Part shown: positions 1 to 13,219 of the stretch, piece after piece
Position numbering within the stretch: the stretch's first letter is position 1
How the letters are laid out: each line of letters starts with the position of its first letter
The notes under the pieces: generated by a model
The model's input: the letters and a program-made list of their open reading frames with translations, nothing else
Told to the model about the DNA's origin: nothing
The model's database searches: none
Program-made: the position numbers and the translations under genes
Assembly (NCBI RefSeq): GCF_009914755.1
Contig: NC_060935.1
Length of the DNA stretch: 64,000 nucleotides
Reading direction: 5' to 3' (one strand)
Source: the human T2T-CHM13v2.0 reference genome, Homo sapiens

Positions 1-80
1 AAGGATATAAAGTGACCATTTCATTTTTCAGTATCATTGGTAAAAATTTATTTCTAGTCATTAGATAACAGTGGAAACTG

Positions 81-134
81 AAAGCAGCATGCCGTCCTTG
101 AGCAAAGCAGTATGCCGTCCTTGAGCAAAGCAGT
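81..134. repeat. 23-bp tandem duplication (2.3 copies)
   Basis: AAAGCAGCATGCCGTCCTTGAGC (81-103), AAAGCAGTATGCCGTCCTTGAGC (104-126), AAAGCAGT (127-134). Confidence 0.95.
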
Positions 135-1809
135 GAAACTGTAGCCACCTGTCTTTTGTGAACCACACTGGGAGCTTAATTAAAGAAACCTGCACCTGAC
201 TCAAACTGGTTTGAATACCAATAGCTGATTCATTAATTGCAGAATAAAGTTCTTAATGCTTTAAAACACTAATATGGGCAGTAAGAATGTTTATACCAGT
301 AGTTTTCCATTAACATACAAAAAAGCAGCTTTCTTGTTTTCCTTCTTTTAAGAAAAGGACGGTCATACAGAAAGCCAATATGTAAACCATAAAATTGGGA
401 CTTCTCTGGCTGAGATTAGGTTAGGTTATCCCAAGCTCCCCTCCCTTCTCCTCCACCTATCCTTTTGGCCTCCATTTTCCTGACACTCTCCCAATCACCT
501 CTGAGGCATTTCCATGAAAGCTCTGTTTCTGCTCATCACATTTGAAAGCCAACAGCTACGCTATCCAATTTGCGACTTCTGACTCCAGAGCTTGTTCTTA
601 TAAGTAAACAGTTGTTTCCAAGGGACATCTTTACACTGTGGAAATTATTTATATTATTAATAGTAGTATGAGGAAAGATGATAAGACTTCTTGAACTTTA
701 AACATAGTAGATATATATTTACTGCTTTTCCTTTAGCTCTGAACAAGGTTGTTCAATAAGGGGAGAGAAGCCCTGGTGACCCCTCTCCCCCCACCCAGTA
801 AAGTGGATTATTTCTTCCAGGCATAATGGATTATATTTTATTAATCAACTAAATCTATATCAACAGATAAGTGGGTAGTTAGCAAATATAATACTTAAAG
901 CCAGAGATGGTGTCTGAATAATGAGTTCACCAGGCAAAGATTAGAGAGGGATAATAGGGGAAAAAAAAACTAACAATGCAAGGACACAATGGTAAAAAGA
1001 ACACATTTTAGGTACCTAAACCTCCATGATGTGTATTTGTAAGTACAACATTTGAGTCAGGAGGTGAAGCTTGTGGGTGACTTTATTGTCCTAGTGAGGA
1101 TTTTGCATTTATCCCTATGTGGAAGGCATTGGCGGGCAAGTAAATATGCTTTTTGGAAATGTTGTTTAAAGTAACCAGAGTTAACTCAGCAAATATTTCA
1201 ACAGAAAAAAATGAGCATACCAAAATAGAAATTTCTATAAACATTAACATGCAAGAACAGCAAAATATTAATGCAGGAGGTAGGATAAAATGGGGAAATT
1301 ATTTAAGTCATGTGAGGCCTAATAAGTGATACAGTAAAAGGGAATCTTTTTTTTTTCACAATTCTCATTATAACCTCTCATTTACTTACATTATTAAAAG
1401 TTTGGTCTATAATATGTTTCCTAGTTCTTTGTTTAAAAAAATCAATATGTTCAATCCATTTTTAAAGCCAAAAATCTTTCTACTGATAGACTTGTTAGAT
1501 TCCTCAGTGAGTCTACCTATGCAAAGATTTTCCCCATAAGTAAACATTCTCACTGATTAAAGCACAAAAATAATAAAGCAGTTAGAGAATGGCTCCAGGA
1601 GATAATGTTTCATTGACTGGCATTCTGTCAGTAATGTGAATGCCATCCTGTTCTCATTTTCTCCCTGAACCCTGTAGGGAGGCCAGATTGAATAAGTAAC
1701 CCCCACAAAAGAAAGAATTTCTGAAAATGTCAAAAACACAAAACATAATTTGGTCTCTAAAATAATTGATTGCTTTGCATGGACAGATCCAGAAGAGACA
1801 ACATAGAAA

Positions 1810-3354
1810 ATTTTTCAACTATTTCTCCCGTTCACCTCTACTCTAGTAGTCCTCAGTTTCTATTATTGCCATCGTTATGTCAATGGGTACTCAATGTTTA
1901 GCTCCTACTTGTAAGTGAAAACATGCAATATTTGATTTTCTCTTCTTGCATTAATTTGCTTAGGATAATAGCATCTAGCTGCATCCATGATTCTGCAAAG
2001 AACATAATTTTAATGGGCACCTGGATTGATTCTATATCTTTGCTAGTGTGAATAGTGATGCAAAGAACATGCAAGTGCATATGTCTTTTGGGTAGAAAGA
2101 TTGGTTTTGTTTTGGATATATACCTAGTAATGGGAGGGCTAGGTTGAATGATAGCTCTGTTTAAAGTTCTTTGAGAAATCACCAAACTGCTTTCCACAGT
2201 GGCTGAACTAATTTCCATTCTCACCGACAGTATATAATAATTGCCTTTTCTCTGCAACCTTGCCAGCATCTTTTGCTTTTTGACTTTTTAATAATAGGAA
2301 TTCTAACTGGTGTGAGATGACATCTCCCTGTGATTTTGAGTTGCATTTCTCTGAAGATTAGCGATGATAATTTTTTTCATGTTTGTTGGCCTCTTGTATG
2401 CTTTCTTTTTAGAAGTGTCTGTTAATGTCGTTCACTCACTTTTTAATGGGGTTATTCATTTATGCTTGTTGAACTGTTTACATTCCTTATAGCTTCTGGA
2501 TACTAGACTTTTGTCAGATGCATAGTTTGTAGATATTTTCTTCCATTCTGACAGGCTGTCTGTTTACTTGGTTGATCATTTCTTTTGTTGTGCAGAAGCT
2601 CTCTTGTTTAACTAGGTCTGACTTGTCAATTTTTGTTTTTGTTGCAATTGTTTTTAAGGACTTAGTCATAAATTCTTTCCCAAGTTTGATCTCCAGAATG
2701 GTGTGTTCTAGGCTTTTTTCTAGGATCCTTATAGTTTGAGGTCTTACATTTAAATCTTTAAACCATCTTGGTTAATTTTTGAATATGGTAAAAGGTAGGA
2801 GTCCAGTTTCATTCTTTTGCAAATGGCTAGCCAGCTGCTCCAGCAACACTGATTGAATAGAGAGTCCTTACCTGATTGCTTATTTTTGTCAATTTTGTTG
2901 AAGATTAGATGGCTGTAGGTGTGCAGCTTTATTTCTGAGTTCTCTATTCTGTTCCGTTGGTCTATCTCCCTGTGTTTGTACAAGTACTATGCTGCTTTGT
3001 TTACTGTAGCATTATAGTATAGTTTGAAGTCAGAAGATGTGATGTATCTGGCTTTGTTCTTTTTGGTTAGAGTCGCTTTGGGTATTCAGGCTCTTTTTTT
3101 GTTCCATATGAATGCTACAATACATTTTTCTAGTTCTGTGAAAAATGACATTGGTAATTTGATAAGAGTAACATTGAATCTATAGATTGCCTTGAGCAGT
3201 ATGTCCATTTTAATAATATTTATTCTTTTAATTAATGAACATGAAATGTTTTTTCATTTGTTTTGTGTCATCTACGATTTCTTTTAACAGTGTTTTGAAG
3301 TAGTTGTCCCTGTAGAGGTCTTTCACCTCTTTGGTTAGATGTATTCCTAGGCAT

Positions 3355-3385
<31 letters not shown>

Positions 3386-3778
3386 CTATTGTAAATGAAA
3401 TTGCATTCTTGATTTGGATTTCAGCTTGAATGTTATTCATGTGTAAAAATGTTGCTGATTTTTGTACAGTGATTTTGTATCCTGAAACTTTACTGAAGTT
3501 ATTTATCAGTCCCAGGAGCCGTTTGGTGGAGTCTTTATGGTTTTCTAGACATAGGATCATCTCATCCACAAAGAATAATAGTTTGAGTTCTTATTTTCTT
3601 ATTTGGATGCTTTTTTTTTTTCTCTGTTGCCTTGTTGCTCTGGCTAGCACTCCATTCTATGTTGAATATGATTGGTGAGACTGGGAATCCTTGTCTTGTT
3701 CTAGTTCTCTAGGGGGATATTTCCAGGCTTTGCTGATTCAGTATATTGTTGGCTGTGGTTTTGCCATAGCTGGCTAAT
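1810..3778 (-). mobile_element. LINE-1 fragment (L1PA15/16-like), 3' part of ORF2 plus part of 3'UTR, degraded
   Basis: Minus-strand ORFs 2750-2983 and 3228-3569 translate to degenerate ORF2 ([23 protein letters not shown]). 3'UTR text CTCTAGTAGTCCTCAGTTTCTATT resembles L1PA15/16. Contains (TG)n at ~3355-3385. Confidence 0.85.
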
Positions 3779-3884
3779 TGACAAATTTTAAGCATTCTAG
3801 TGAATTTCAGTCTTTGTTTTAAGCCCTTTGTAATCCAGTGTATTTTTTATAAGCTACATTCAACTATCTTTCTTTAAAAAAAAA

Positions 3885-4120
3885 CAAGGTATCTGGAGAT
3901 CTAATGTACTGCATGAGAATTATAGTTAATAAAATTGAGTCATAAACCAGAAATTTGCAAAAAAAAAGGCACGTAGATTTTAGGTAATTTTACCACACAC
4001 ACACAAAGGGTAACTATATGAGATGATGGATATGTTATTAGCTTGGCTATAGTAATCATTTTACTATGTAAATATATATCAAAATATCATGTTTTAAACT
4101 TGGAATATATTCAATAAAGT
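3885..4120 (+). mobile_element. Old L1 3' end (L1MA8/9-like)
   Basis: GGTAACTATATGAGATGATGGATATGTTATTAGCTTGGCTATAGTAATCATTTTACTATG...CAATAAA matches the recalled L1MA 3'UTR terminus. Confidence 0.7.
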
Positions 4121-4686
4121 AAAGGAATAATTTAACAACTATTTAATTCTCCCACTGTGACCCAAACACACTCATGCACACACACAAATCTCCATTATAT
4201 TTCTCTCTTACTTATGAACATTTATTGGTTCTCTAGCATCCAAACTCCTTAGTTTGTCATAGGAAATTCCTTATAATCTGGCTGCTCTCTATTTTTCTGG
4301 CTTCAAGTTTAGCCTGTTTGCTTCTACATCATTTATTCCTTCAGAGTAAAATTCTCATTTCCCCCGCCTAATAAAGTCCTTTCATGAGGTCATAGCAACA
4401 ACCAACTTATCCTTCAAGATGCAGCTCAAATGCATCTCGCTTTAGGCAACACAACTTTAGGATCATCTATTTTCTGCCAAACACTATTAAAGTGCCAAGC
4501 ATTTGACATTGATTATTCATGTTTACTATTCACAACTTCTTGAGGTAAGGCTAGACATCTCCATTTCAGAAAAGAGAAACAAAAATGAAGGCCAAAACAA
4601 TTAAGGGTCTGTGCTCAGTTGGTTGAACATGTAGTGAAAATGTGAATTTGTAGCTATGGATGCCAAGACCCCTATATATGGACCTC

Positions 4687-5711
4687 TACATTGCATACTG
4701 TAGTTTATTAGAACAAAAAGAGAGAAATCTGGATATATGAATGATATTGAAACCTATATGTTGAGGTAAAAGCAAATTCAATATTGTTAAGATCAACGCC
4801 TGTTCTTTTGCTATTTCTCCTATACTAAAGCTACTTTTTGTTGCTGGTGGGAAGGAAAGGGTAAAGTCCTACAAGGCACCAAGAGTTCCCACTTGGGAGC
4901 TTGGTGTATATCATTAACTGATAAGGAAATTTCAGAAGAAGGCGAATTTTTAGGAGAGGACCATAAGCTTTGTTTTTGTTTTGGAATGTTATGAGTGAGT
5001 AGTAGCAGTATGCTTCCATAGATATGTACAATAGAAAATTAGCCATTACAGTCAGACCTAGACTTTCACATTTCAGAACTGGGAGCATTTCTATGTAGAA
5101 GAAATGGTGAAAATGATTATCTGAAAAAGATTATCTGATTGCTGCTAATTGTGAAGCTAATGTATAGAAGAGAGACTTGGATAAATTTTGTGATGATTTC
5201 TAGATGTCTGGAGAAATGTTCTGGAATACAGTCTTCACAAATGAAAGTTATGTTTGATTAAATGACTACTTTAAATTGTAAAACTGCATAGACATCAAAA
5301 GGAATTGCCTAACGCATGACAGAAGACATAATGTTGGTCTTAGAGTTCAGTGGTTCTTTCCTAACGACACCTATATGAAGCCCTGTTAGGCAGAGTTCAT
5401 CAGTTAATCTCTCTAAGCCTCAGAGTAACAGCAGTTATTTAATAACAACAGCAATAATGTACTCATATGGGACCACTTCTCCTTGGGCTTCCTAGGGGAT
5501 TGGAAGGAATAAAGAAATGGTGCCATATTAGGAGAACAATTGAAGTTGCTTGCTTGATGGATGTTGTTCTCCAAAATTTTTGGTCTGCGATTCTACTTTG
5601 TATCCTGTAGTTTATTAGAACAAAATAAAAGTGATAGATCTGAGATAACAATGATGTTGAAACATATTTGTTGAGGTTCTATAAAAGCAAATAAAATATT
5701 GTTAAAATCAA
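4687..5711 (+). repeat. Diverged ~110-bp direct repeat pair (4687-4796 and 5594-5711)
   Basis: Exact 21-mer CTGTAGTTTATTAGAACAAAA at 4698 and 5605, followed by colinear AATGATRTTGAAAC, TGTTGAGGT, TAAAAGCAAAT and AATATTGTTAARATCAA blocks. Confidence 0.85.
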
Positions 5712-6043
5712 TTCAACTCAAAACATCAAAGTAATTTCAAACTTCAGTTGTGTCCCATTTTTTTTTGCTTTACTTAGCTTTACTAAGCTTAAAAGTCTTC
5801 CCATAGGGCAATAGAACCATTGAAAGTATTCTTGGGTGAGAGGTTTATGTTTGATTTATGAATATATAATTTTAGGAAAACCTTTGAGGGCCATAAGACT
5901 AGAAACTGGTGTTGGCAGGAAGCAGGAAGCCAGTCCCCACTGCAATTTTCATGCCCAGAAGAAGGAATGGATGCACTTATCTGGGATTTAGGATGAATGA
6001 GACTGGTCAAATTGTATTTCCTGCTGTTCTATTTGTTTTTAGT

Positions 6044-7930
6044 TTGAAACAGACAAATCACACTAGAAAAGTTGAAAGAATGGTACAATATATACTCATA
6101 TATCCCTCACCAAACTCACCATTTGTTAACATCTTCCCACACACTTCCCTTTTGCCAAATCATTTGAAAATATGCTATGAATGTCATGATATTTCATTAA
6201 TAAATATTAAAATGTGTATATTTTCAGAATGATAAAATTTTCTGACACAGCCTGAGCATACTTACAGCACAATTCAACATTAATTTACTATCATTATACA
6301 CAGCCCATACAAATTTCCCCAGTTATCTAAAATATGTCCTTTATGGCTGTGTTTTATGTTTTGTCTTTGCATTTCTGTGTTTTGTTTTTGGTTTTATGTC
6401 TAAAATCCAATTAAGGTGTATATATTTGCATTATTTCTTCCTAGTCACCCTGCATGAAGCAAGTCTTCCTCACGTGAATTTTTTTGTGTAACATTGAATT
6501 ATTTGAAAAGCCCTGGTCTGTTGTCCTGCCGAATATCTTATAGTATAGAAAGGCCTATCTTCTAATGAGATAAACTTACACCTAACATTTCAAGCAAGAA
6601 TATACTATTGGTGATGTTGTATGTCTCCCACATCATCGCATCAGTAGGTATATATGTGCCATTATTTGGTTAAGATTCTGACCATCAAGTATCTCCATTG
6701 TAAAGGAATTTTTAAACTTTGTAAAATTAAAATTGATATTATGTTCCCTAACAACATTTGTTAGGCCAATGTTTTAATGATCCCATATAAGTCAATTATT
6801 ACTATAGTTGTTCTACATTTACAGTTGGCATTCTTTTTTGTAAGGAAGCTTTTTCCCACTTTCCCTCCCCTCCCTTCCCCTTCCCTCTCCTCCTCTCCTC
6901 CTCTCCTCCTCCTCTCCCCTCCTCTTCCCTCCTCTCCCCTCCTCTCCCCTCCCCTCCCCTCTTCTCTTTTCTTCTCCCCTCTTCTCCCCTCTTCTCTTCT
7001 CTTTTCTCCTCTTCTCTTTCTCTCTCTCATTATTATGTATATATGGCTTATTTCTTTAAGTTCAAATGTGTTATATTCCATTAGTTTCATGATTATTTTT
7101 GATATTCAGAGTGTTCCAATTTTGTTAGTGGGGTCGCCTTTAAACTGACCTCTGTGTCTTTTTCACATGTCCCCATTAGACTTTGAGCATTTCTTTATTT
7201 TCTGGCACATTAAGATGCTTCAGGCTCACCTTGTACTTCTATTTGCCTCAGTCTGAAATAAGCAATTTTCAGAAAAACTTTGTTTCTTATTAGTATAAAA
7301 TGACTTATACTAATTAAAATTAGTATAAAAGATCTTTGTTTAGAAACAAAGACCTAAGTTTGGAGTGTTTGTTGCCTCTTGCTTGTTTCATTGTGCTTTG
7401 GCCCTTTTGATGATAGAGTTAGGGGGAAAACTGTGTGTGTGCACTTAACACATTGTCACATATGAGTGCACATGCAAGTGTGTTCATACTGATTACCTCA
7501 AATGAAATTCAGCATTACAAGATTTTGTTTCTCATCTTCTTCCATTTGATATTTGTATTTCTCTGTTTCTATAGTGAATATTGTTATTTATCAAAATATG
7601 TATGTTTAGTCACTTTTTTTCAATATACTCAGAGTAGTTTCAGAATTGCATCACCAAGACTATTATCGGGAAATCAACTAAACAAAGTTCAATATTTTTT
7701 GTTTTTATTTTTATGCTATACTTCCCATAGGTTTATAGTCAACATGATGTATTTCAAAGTTACTTGAATTAATTTTTCCATATGTTTATGGAATTTAACA
7801 TTCCATTAAAGTTTCCATATGTTACTATTTTGCATCATATTAGCATTATCTGTATTTATTTTTATTAAATTTCAGTTTTATTTTTTATATTAATTTTGAG
7901 TAGTAAGACATTATTGTTCAAAAGATAAAA
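6044..7930 (-). mobile_element. Ancient L1 3'UTR (L1MC5/L1MC4-like), interrupted by a polypyrimidine tract
   Basis: AGAAAAGTTGAAAGAATGGTACAA... and CTTTGAGCATTTCTTTATTTTCTGGCACA...CAGGCTCACCTTGTAC resemble the antisense L1MC 3'UTR. Confidence 0.6.
6850..7028. repeat. Polypyrimidine low-complexity tract ((CCTCT)n/(CTTCT)n-like)
   Basis: ~175 bp of almost pure C/T. Explains the spurious ORFs 6761-7090 and 6777-7148. Confidence 0.95.
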
Positions 7931-9769
7931 CTGTATAATGGGAGCTCTTTCTCCCATCACCATTCCCATTAAAAAGTCTTCTTTTCCCCAAGCAAATGAC
8001 AAAAAAAAAAAGAAAAGAAAAAAAAATTGTCCCTGGAGGCTGAATTGCTTTTAAAAGGTCTTCCAAAAAAAAAAAAAAAAAAAAACAAAACAAAAAAACA
8101 TGAACCTGGGATGAGATCACACTATGTGAGATGATTTCAAATCAGGAAAAAAATGGGCCACTTAAATAATGTTGCAAATAGATGCTAGAACACAAAGAAA
8201 ATTAAAATTGGTTTCTTCTTCAGAGTTATGGAATATATCACCTAAGGCCTGGGCACTAATAGAAGACTGAATCTGATTCATTTGGGCAGGCGTATTTAAT
8301 TTTGTGTTAAGAACCCTGAAGTTTAAAACTAGGCCACTAAGGTGTGAGAGAAATCAGTAAGCTTCATTCAATGATATTTGAACAAGATAACACATAATAT
8401 AAAAGACATTCTACAATCTGATCCCTTTTATTACTGAATTCTTCACTCTTCATGTTATATACTTTGATGTTTCAACTACTGCCACCCCAGCCTATGTACA
8501 GTTATTTGCATATGGTCTGCTACTTCTCACTTCTGTACTTTTAGCCATTGTTTGCAATGCTCCTCTGACTTATTTTTTCAACTTGGAAGCCACTACTTCT
8601 TAATAGAAGTTTTTTTTAGACATCAGGTACTTCTTTCCCTTTTCTATTTCTCAACATTTGTTTATTCGTTATGTACTAAATGTCAGGTGTGCTCATATTG
8701 CTTCACCAAACACATGCACACATACGTATTAGAATATTATTATTCTAATCATATTAGAATAATTATTCTAATCTAGTTTTGTGTTTGCTTATCTGTTTTT
8801 AAAATGTGAGTACTTGGTTTAGGATGATGCTGTACATGGAGTTATCCAGTAAATATCATTAAAAGGCCAAGTGAGAATTACTAAAGAAAAATGATCATGA
8901 TTTCTTCCTTTGTTGCCCACATATGCAGCTAAAATACACACATTACAACTTTTAAAAGTTATTTGCTTCAATTGTCCTGGTATCATTTGGCCTATTTTTC
9001 TCTACTGTTATCTTCAGGAGCCATGATAGGATAATGTTGGTGCATCTGGTATGTTTGGGTTTCATGAAAATACGATTAATGTGGGCACCCTTGTATTACT
9101 TGATTAAAAATTATTTTGCATTATAAAAGTATTATTTTAAAGTAAGCACACCGGGTACCAAAGTTCTGGTAGTTAAAAACAAAACAAAATTGAGTAAACA
9201 ATTCAGGCCTTCAGTGGTGACATTTAGAGAATGAAATTTGAATATATATTTGGTGATCTCACGAGAAGAGAAATTATTTCAGATGTGCCAGAATAAAACA
9301 GAATTCTTGAGTCATCCACAGATGAATTAGTCATAAACTAAAAATATAGAATATGCAAAGAAAAAGGAAAATTATTGCAGAAGATAAAAAATAGAGCAAT
9401 TGTGAATTTAAAATATACTGCAATCAATAACATTTTAGGCAAATATCAGTAGTGCAGAAAACAGTACAAATTCACAGTTATGGAGAGAAAAGAGAATATG
9501 GACTAGAATCCATCCTGGAACATGTTAATGGAGACAGTTTGTTTGATACCATCTTGAAAGATGCAGACCTTATATAACTTAGGAAATCAAAAATATATGT
9601 AAGCTTTTCTAAATTTGGTGCTGATATATAGATGTAAAAACATAATCCAATTTTAATATTCATTAGAAAAAGACATTCAAATGATTGACCTACTTTTACT
9701 TGAACCCTGTTATGTGGAGGTGAGATAAGAAGACAGTGAGTAGATAAACAGTGTTCGTGCAGAGGACCC

Positions 9770-9970
9770 AGTGAATGAGAATGACTGGATTTGGTTCTAC
9801 TACTTGCTGAATATGTAACTTTATACAAATTACTTGACTTCTCTGGGGTGTACCTTCTTCTTTAAAAAAAAATGAAGTAATACCTCATAAAAATATTGTG
9901 CGAATTAAATTAGAAAGTATATAAAAAGAATTAGTACAATGTTTAACACTAAATACAGACCCAATAATTA
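9770..9970 (+). mobile_element. MIR SINE
   Basis: Degenerate MIR core: TCTACTACTTGCTGAATATGTAACTTT...ATTACTTGACTTCTCTG...AATACCTCATA...GAATTAAATTAG. Confidence 0.65.
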
Positions 9971-10213
9971 TCTTTTTCTTTTTCTTGTTGAATATCAGGC
10001 TCTGTCTCTTAAGTAAATTTTCTAAATAATGGATATATAGTCCTTCCTGTATGAAAAATATAAAAGATGTCTCTCCCATTTAAAATAACAATGTATTGCT
10101 TTAAAACACAAAAATCAAAGTCATACTAAATACTTTCTTCTCTTCCTAGGAGGAGTAAAATGTGATAAGGCTAAGAGCTTCTTATCCAGCACACTCCTCA
10201 TTATAAATATTTG

Positions 10214-10456
10214 GTTCCTCCCAGCTTTATTGACATACAACTGACAAATAAAATTTTATGTATTTAGTGTATAACATGATGTTTTGATATATTGATGATA
10301 TATATACACATTGTGAAATGAATAAATCAAGTTAATTGACATATCCATCACCTCACATAATCATTTTCCTTGTTGGTCATGAGAATATTTAAGATCTAAT
10401 CTTATAGCAATTTTCAAGTATATAATACATTATTTTCAACTCTAGGCACCATGCTT
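10214..10456 (-). mobile_element. L1MA9-like 3' end with recognisable 14-bp TSD
   Basis: CCCAGCTTTATTGACATACAACTGACAAATAAAA... antisense L1MA terminus, flanked by ATTATAAATATTTG (10200-10213) and ATTACAAATATTTG (10457-10470). Confidence 0.75.
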
Positions 10457-12169
10457 ATTACAAATATTTGTAATCACATTTTATTTTAATTCAACTGTGC
10501 TATCTAAAGTTATTGAATCATTACAACTGTTTGCCTCTTTAGAAAATGACAGTGATTGTGTGAGATACAATTTCATGCATTACTTCCCCTGTTTGCCCAC
10601 ATATCCACTGGCTTTGCTCACAGGTATTAGTATGTGAATACAACAAACACCTCTTCTAATTTTCTGCTTCTATTCTGCAGTCAGCTTGGAAACTGGAAGA
10701 CTGAATTTGCTTTAAAATTTGTCTATAAAATAAAAGATCCTCTACTGTATTTGAGGGCCTGGTGGGCTCTCTTGAAAAAGACATGCAGAGTCCAACAAAT
10801 TTGTGTTACAGAATTTGTTTGGAAACATTTTGTTTCTTTCTAGTTAAAAGACTGTATTTTGTGTAAATATCCAGCCATGTGAATGCTGGATAAGAGAAAC
10901 TTTACTATAATTGTTCTCATTTGGCTCATATGTTATAATACTACCGATACATGAATCTATGCAAATTGTTAGCAGAAAGAATGAAGGCTGTGTTGTCATT
11001 GTTTAGAAAATGAGAAATCTGTCGGACTTCAAAGTCATTATAAATGTTGAAAGAAGACAAGTAAAGCAAAGATAAATACTGTATTACTTTATCAACTTCT
11101 CAAACTACAAGGTTTTTGTACTCTATACAGAGAATATCATTACTAATGTCATTTACTATTTATTTGATTTTAAGTACCATAAACGCCAATATATGTGGTA
11201 GCATGTTTTATCCAAGAAATGATGAGAACATTTCCACATATTAAGGTCAAACCCAGTTGGTCCCTCTGAGCTCAAATTAAGCTCAATACTCACCTTTCTT
11301 AAAGATTCCAGACTCAAATGAACATGTTATAGATCACTTTGAGTTTTAGTGAGTTTTTCTAAATTACTTTCAACAATGCTACTTATTTGTTCTATAATAA
11401 ATTGTAAATTATACCATAGCCAGTATTGGAACTTCTCTTTCTTTAGGAATCTCCCAGCTTCTAATCTTTCCATCCTCCACTTCCTATACTTCAAAACCTA
11501 AAACAGCTAAACCTAAAATACCATTAGCATTCAAAGTGATTACTATTTCATAAACTATGTCCAGGCTTTGCTCCTTTCTCAATGTTGGGCTGTTCAATTT
11601 TAATATTTCAATTGGTCCAAACAAAACTAGCTGAAAGGGTAAAGTGATTGGGCTTTTTCAGTGCCCTTATATCTTGGTGTTTGTTTATGAATAAATGGGT
11701 TAATGATATTTTTATTAACATTCATAATGACTGTTTAAGGTTATCAGTTTAAAAATATTACAGGTAGGTATTTTAAACTTAGCTTTTTATCCAATTCATA
11801 TTTCCATCCTTCATATCAAGTATTTGTTCTTACCATGTGTCTTGCTTAGTTATATCAGCTTTCCTTGCTTTATGTTAAAAGATACTTTATTTCACATTGT
11901 TTTCCAGGTTTTCACAGCTTTTCTTTATTTCACATAGTAGTAAACATACTAGTAAACAGAAGAAAGTATGAGACATTATAACGAGAAAAAGCTTGATGAC
12001 CCAGATAAATCTTACTGCTATTGGCCTAATAGTCAAGCCTCTTTTTTCCTTTAATAAATATTTTTATTTGTTAAGTTTTCACTTAGGCTTAAAACAATAT
12101 GGTCATCTGGCTCATAATAATACTCACCATACATTGACTTCTTGCCAATTCTAGGCCTTTGTTTAAATA

Positions 12170-12325
12170 TTTATGTTGTTATTTTAAATCTCTTACAACC
12201 ATCCTGCAAGGAAGATGCTAGTCAGATTAGCAACCTAAATCTTATGGAATTTAAATATCTTGATCAAGTCACATAGCTGCCGGTGGCTGAGACAAGATCT
12301 GAGCGCGAGTCTTTCTGACACACTT
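12170..12325 (-). mobile_element. MIR SINE
   Basis: TTTAAATCTCTTACAACCATCCTGCAAGG...CAAGTCACATAGCTG, antisense MIR. Confidence 0.55.
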
Positions 12326-13219
12326 TTCACACCTGCCTGTAGTCTTGTACCTGACTCCATTAATCATCAGCATCTCCTCTTGGCTCTCTATTAATAATTA
12401 GAAAAATGAACTGTGGGATTTACTTTGTAGAATAATATGTGACAAAAGCATTAAAATAGATTTATTCTTTATGTCATCTAAATGTTGTCAAAGGGACTAG
12501 GATTAGTTGGGATTGTATTTAGTTTAATTTTTAATTAGTCTTACTCCAAATAAATTCTATACTAATGAGACAATATTCTCTTTTCAGAAATGTTTGACCG
12601 TATCTTTTTAAAAATCTTTTAACAAAAAATATAATTAACGGGAAATAATATATCAACAACCTAAAATGTGTGGTTTATATATGAAGGATATCCATCCTGT
12701 AAAATATGTATTCCTTTGAAGGTCTTCAAAAAGAGTATTTCCCTTTTCATTCATCCGTTGAAGAAGTGAGGCTGGAACATGAATCTCATCCTGTGCCAAG
12801 CTGCCTTTTGTTGTAGTGAGGGACTTTTGACCATCACACTCTTCCTAATGGGGGAAGTTCACACCTTGCTCATGGATTTTCCTAAAGAAATTTCTATTTA
12901 GAATCACAGTTGCTCATATTAACTAGGGCACTACCTTTGGACCTAAGCAAGCAAGATTGATCATTCCTTCTCTGCCCCTTTTGAGCAATGTAACTTGCTC
13001 AACCTCATTTCTTTATATGCAAAATAGGAAGTCAGTAATTGGAAGAGTGATTATTTTTATATATATATAAATTATACCCACACACACATACACACACTAT
13101 TTTTTTTGTCTTCATCTATGTGATCTTTCTTCACTATTCTAAACATTCTTGTCACCTTATACATTCCTTTTATTTTTGTCACTTTCTAACCTGAAAATTG
13201 ACAGCCAACACAATTGCTT

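Noticed and set aside
6761-7148. Low-complexity ORFs here and at 19410-19670 and 25010-25301
   Set aside because: They are translations of microsatellite or low-complexity DNA.
8002-8100. Two A-rich tracts as an orphan retroposed tail
   Set aside because: No convincing TSD or element body found.
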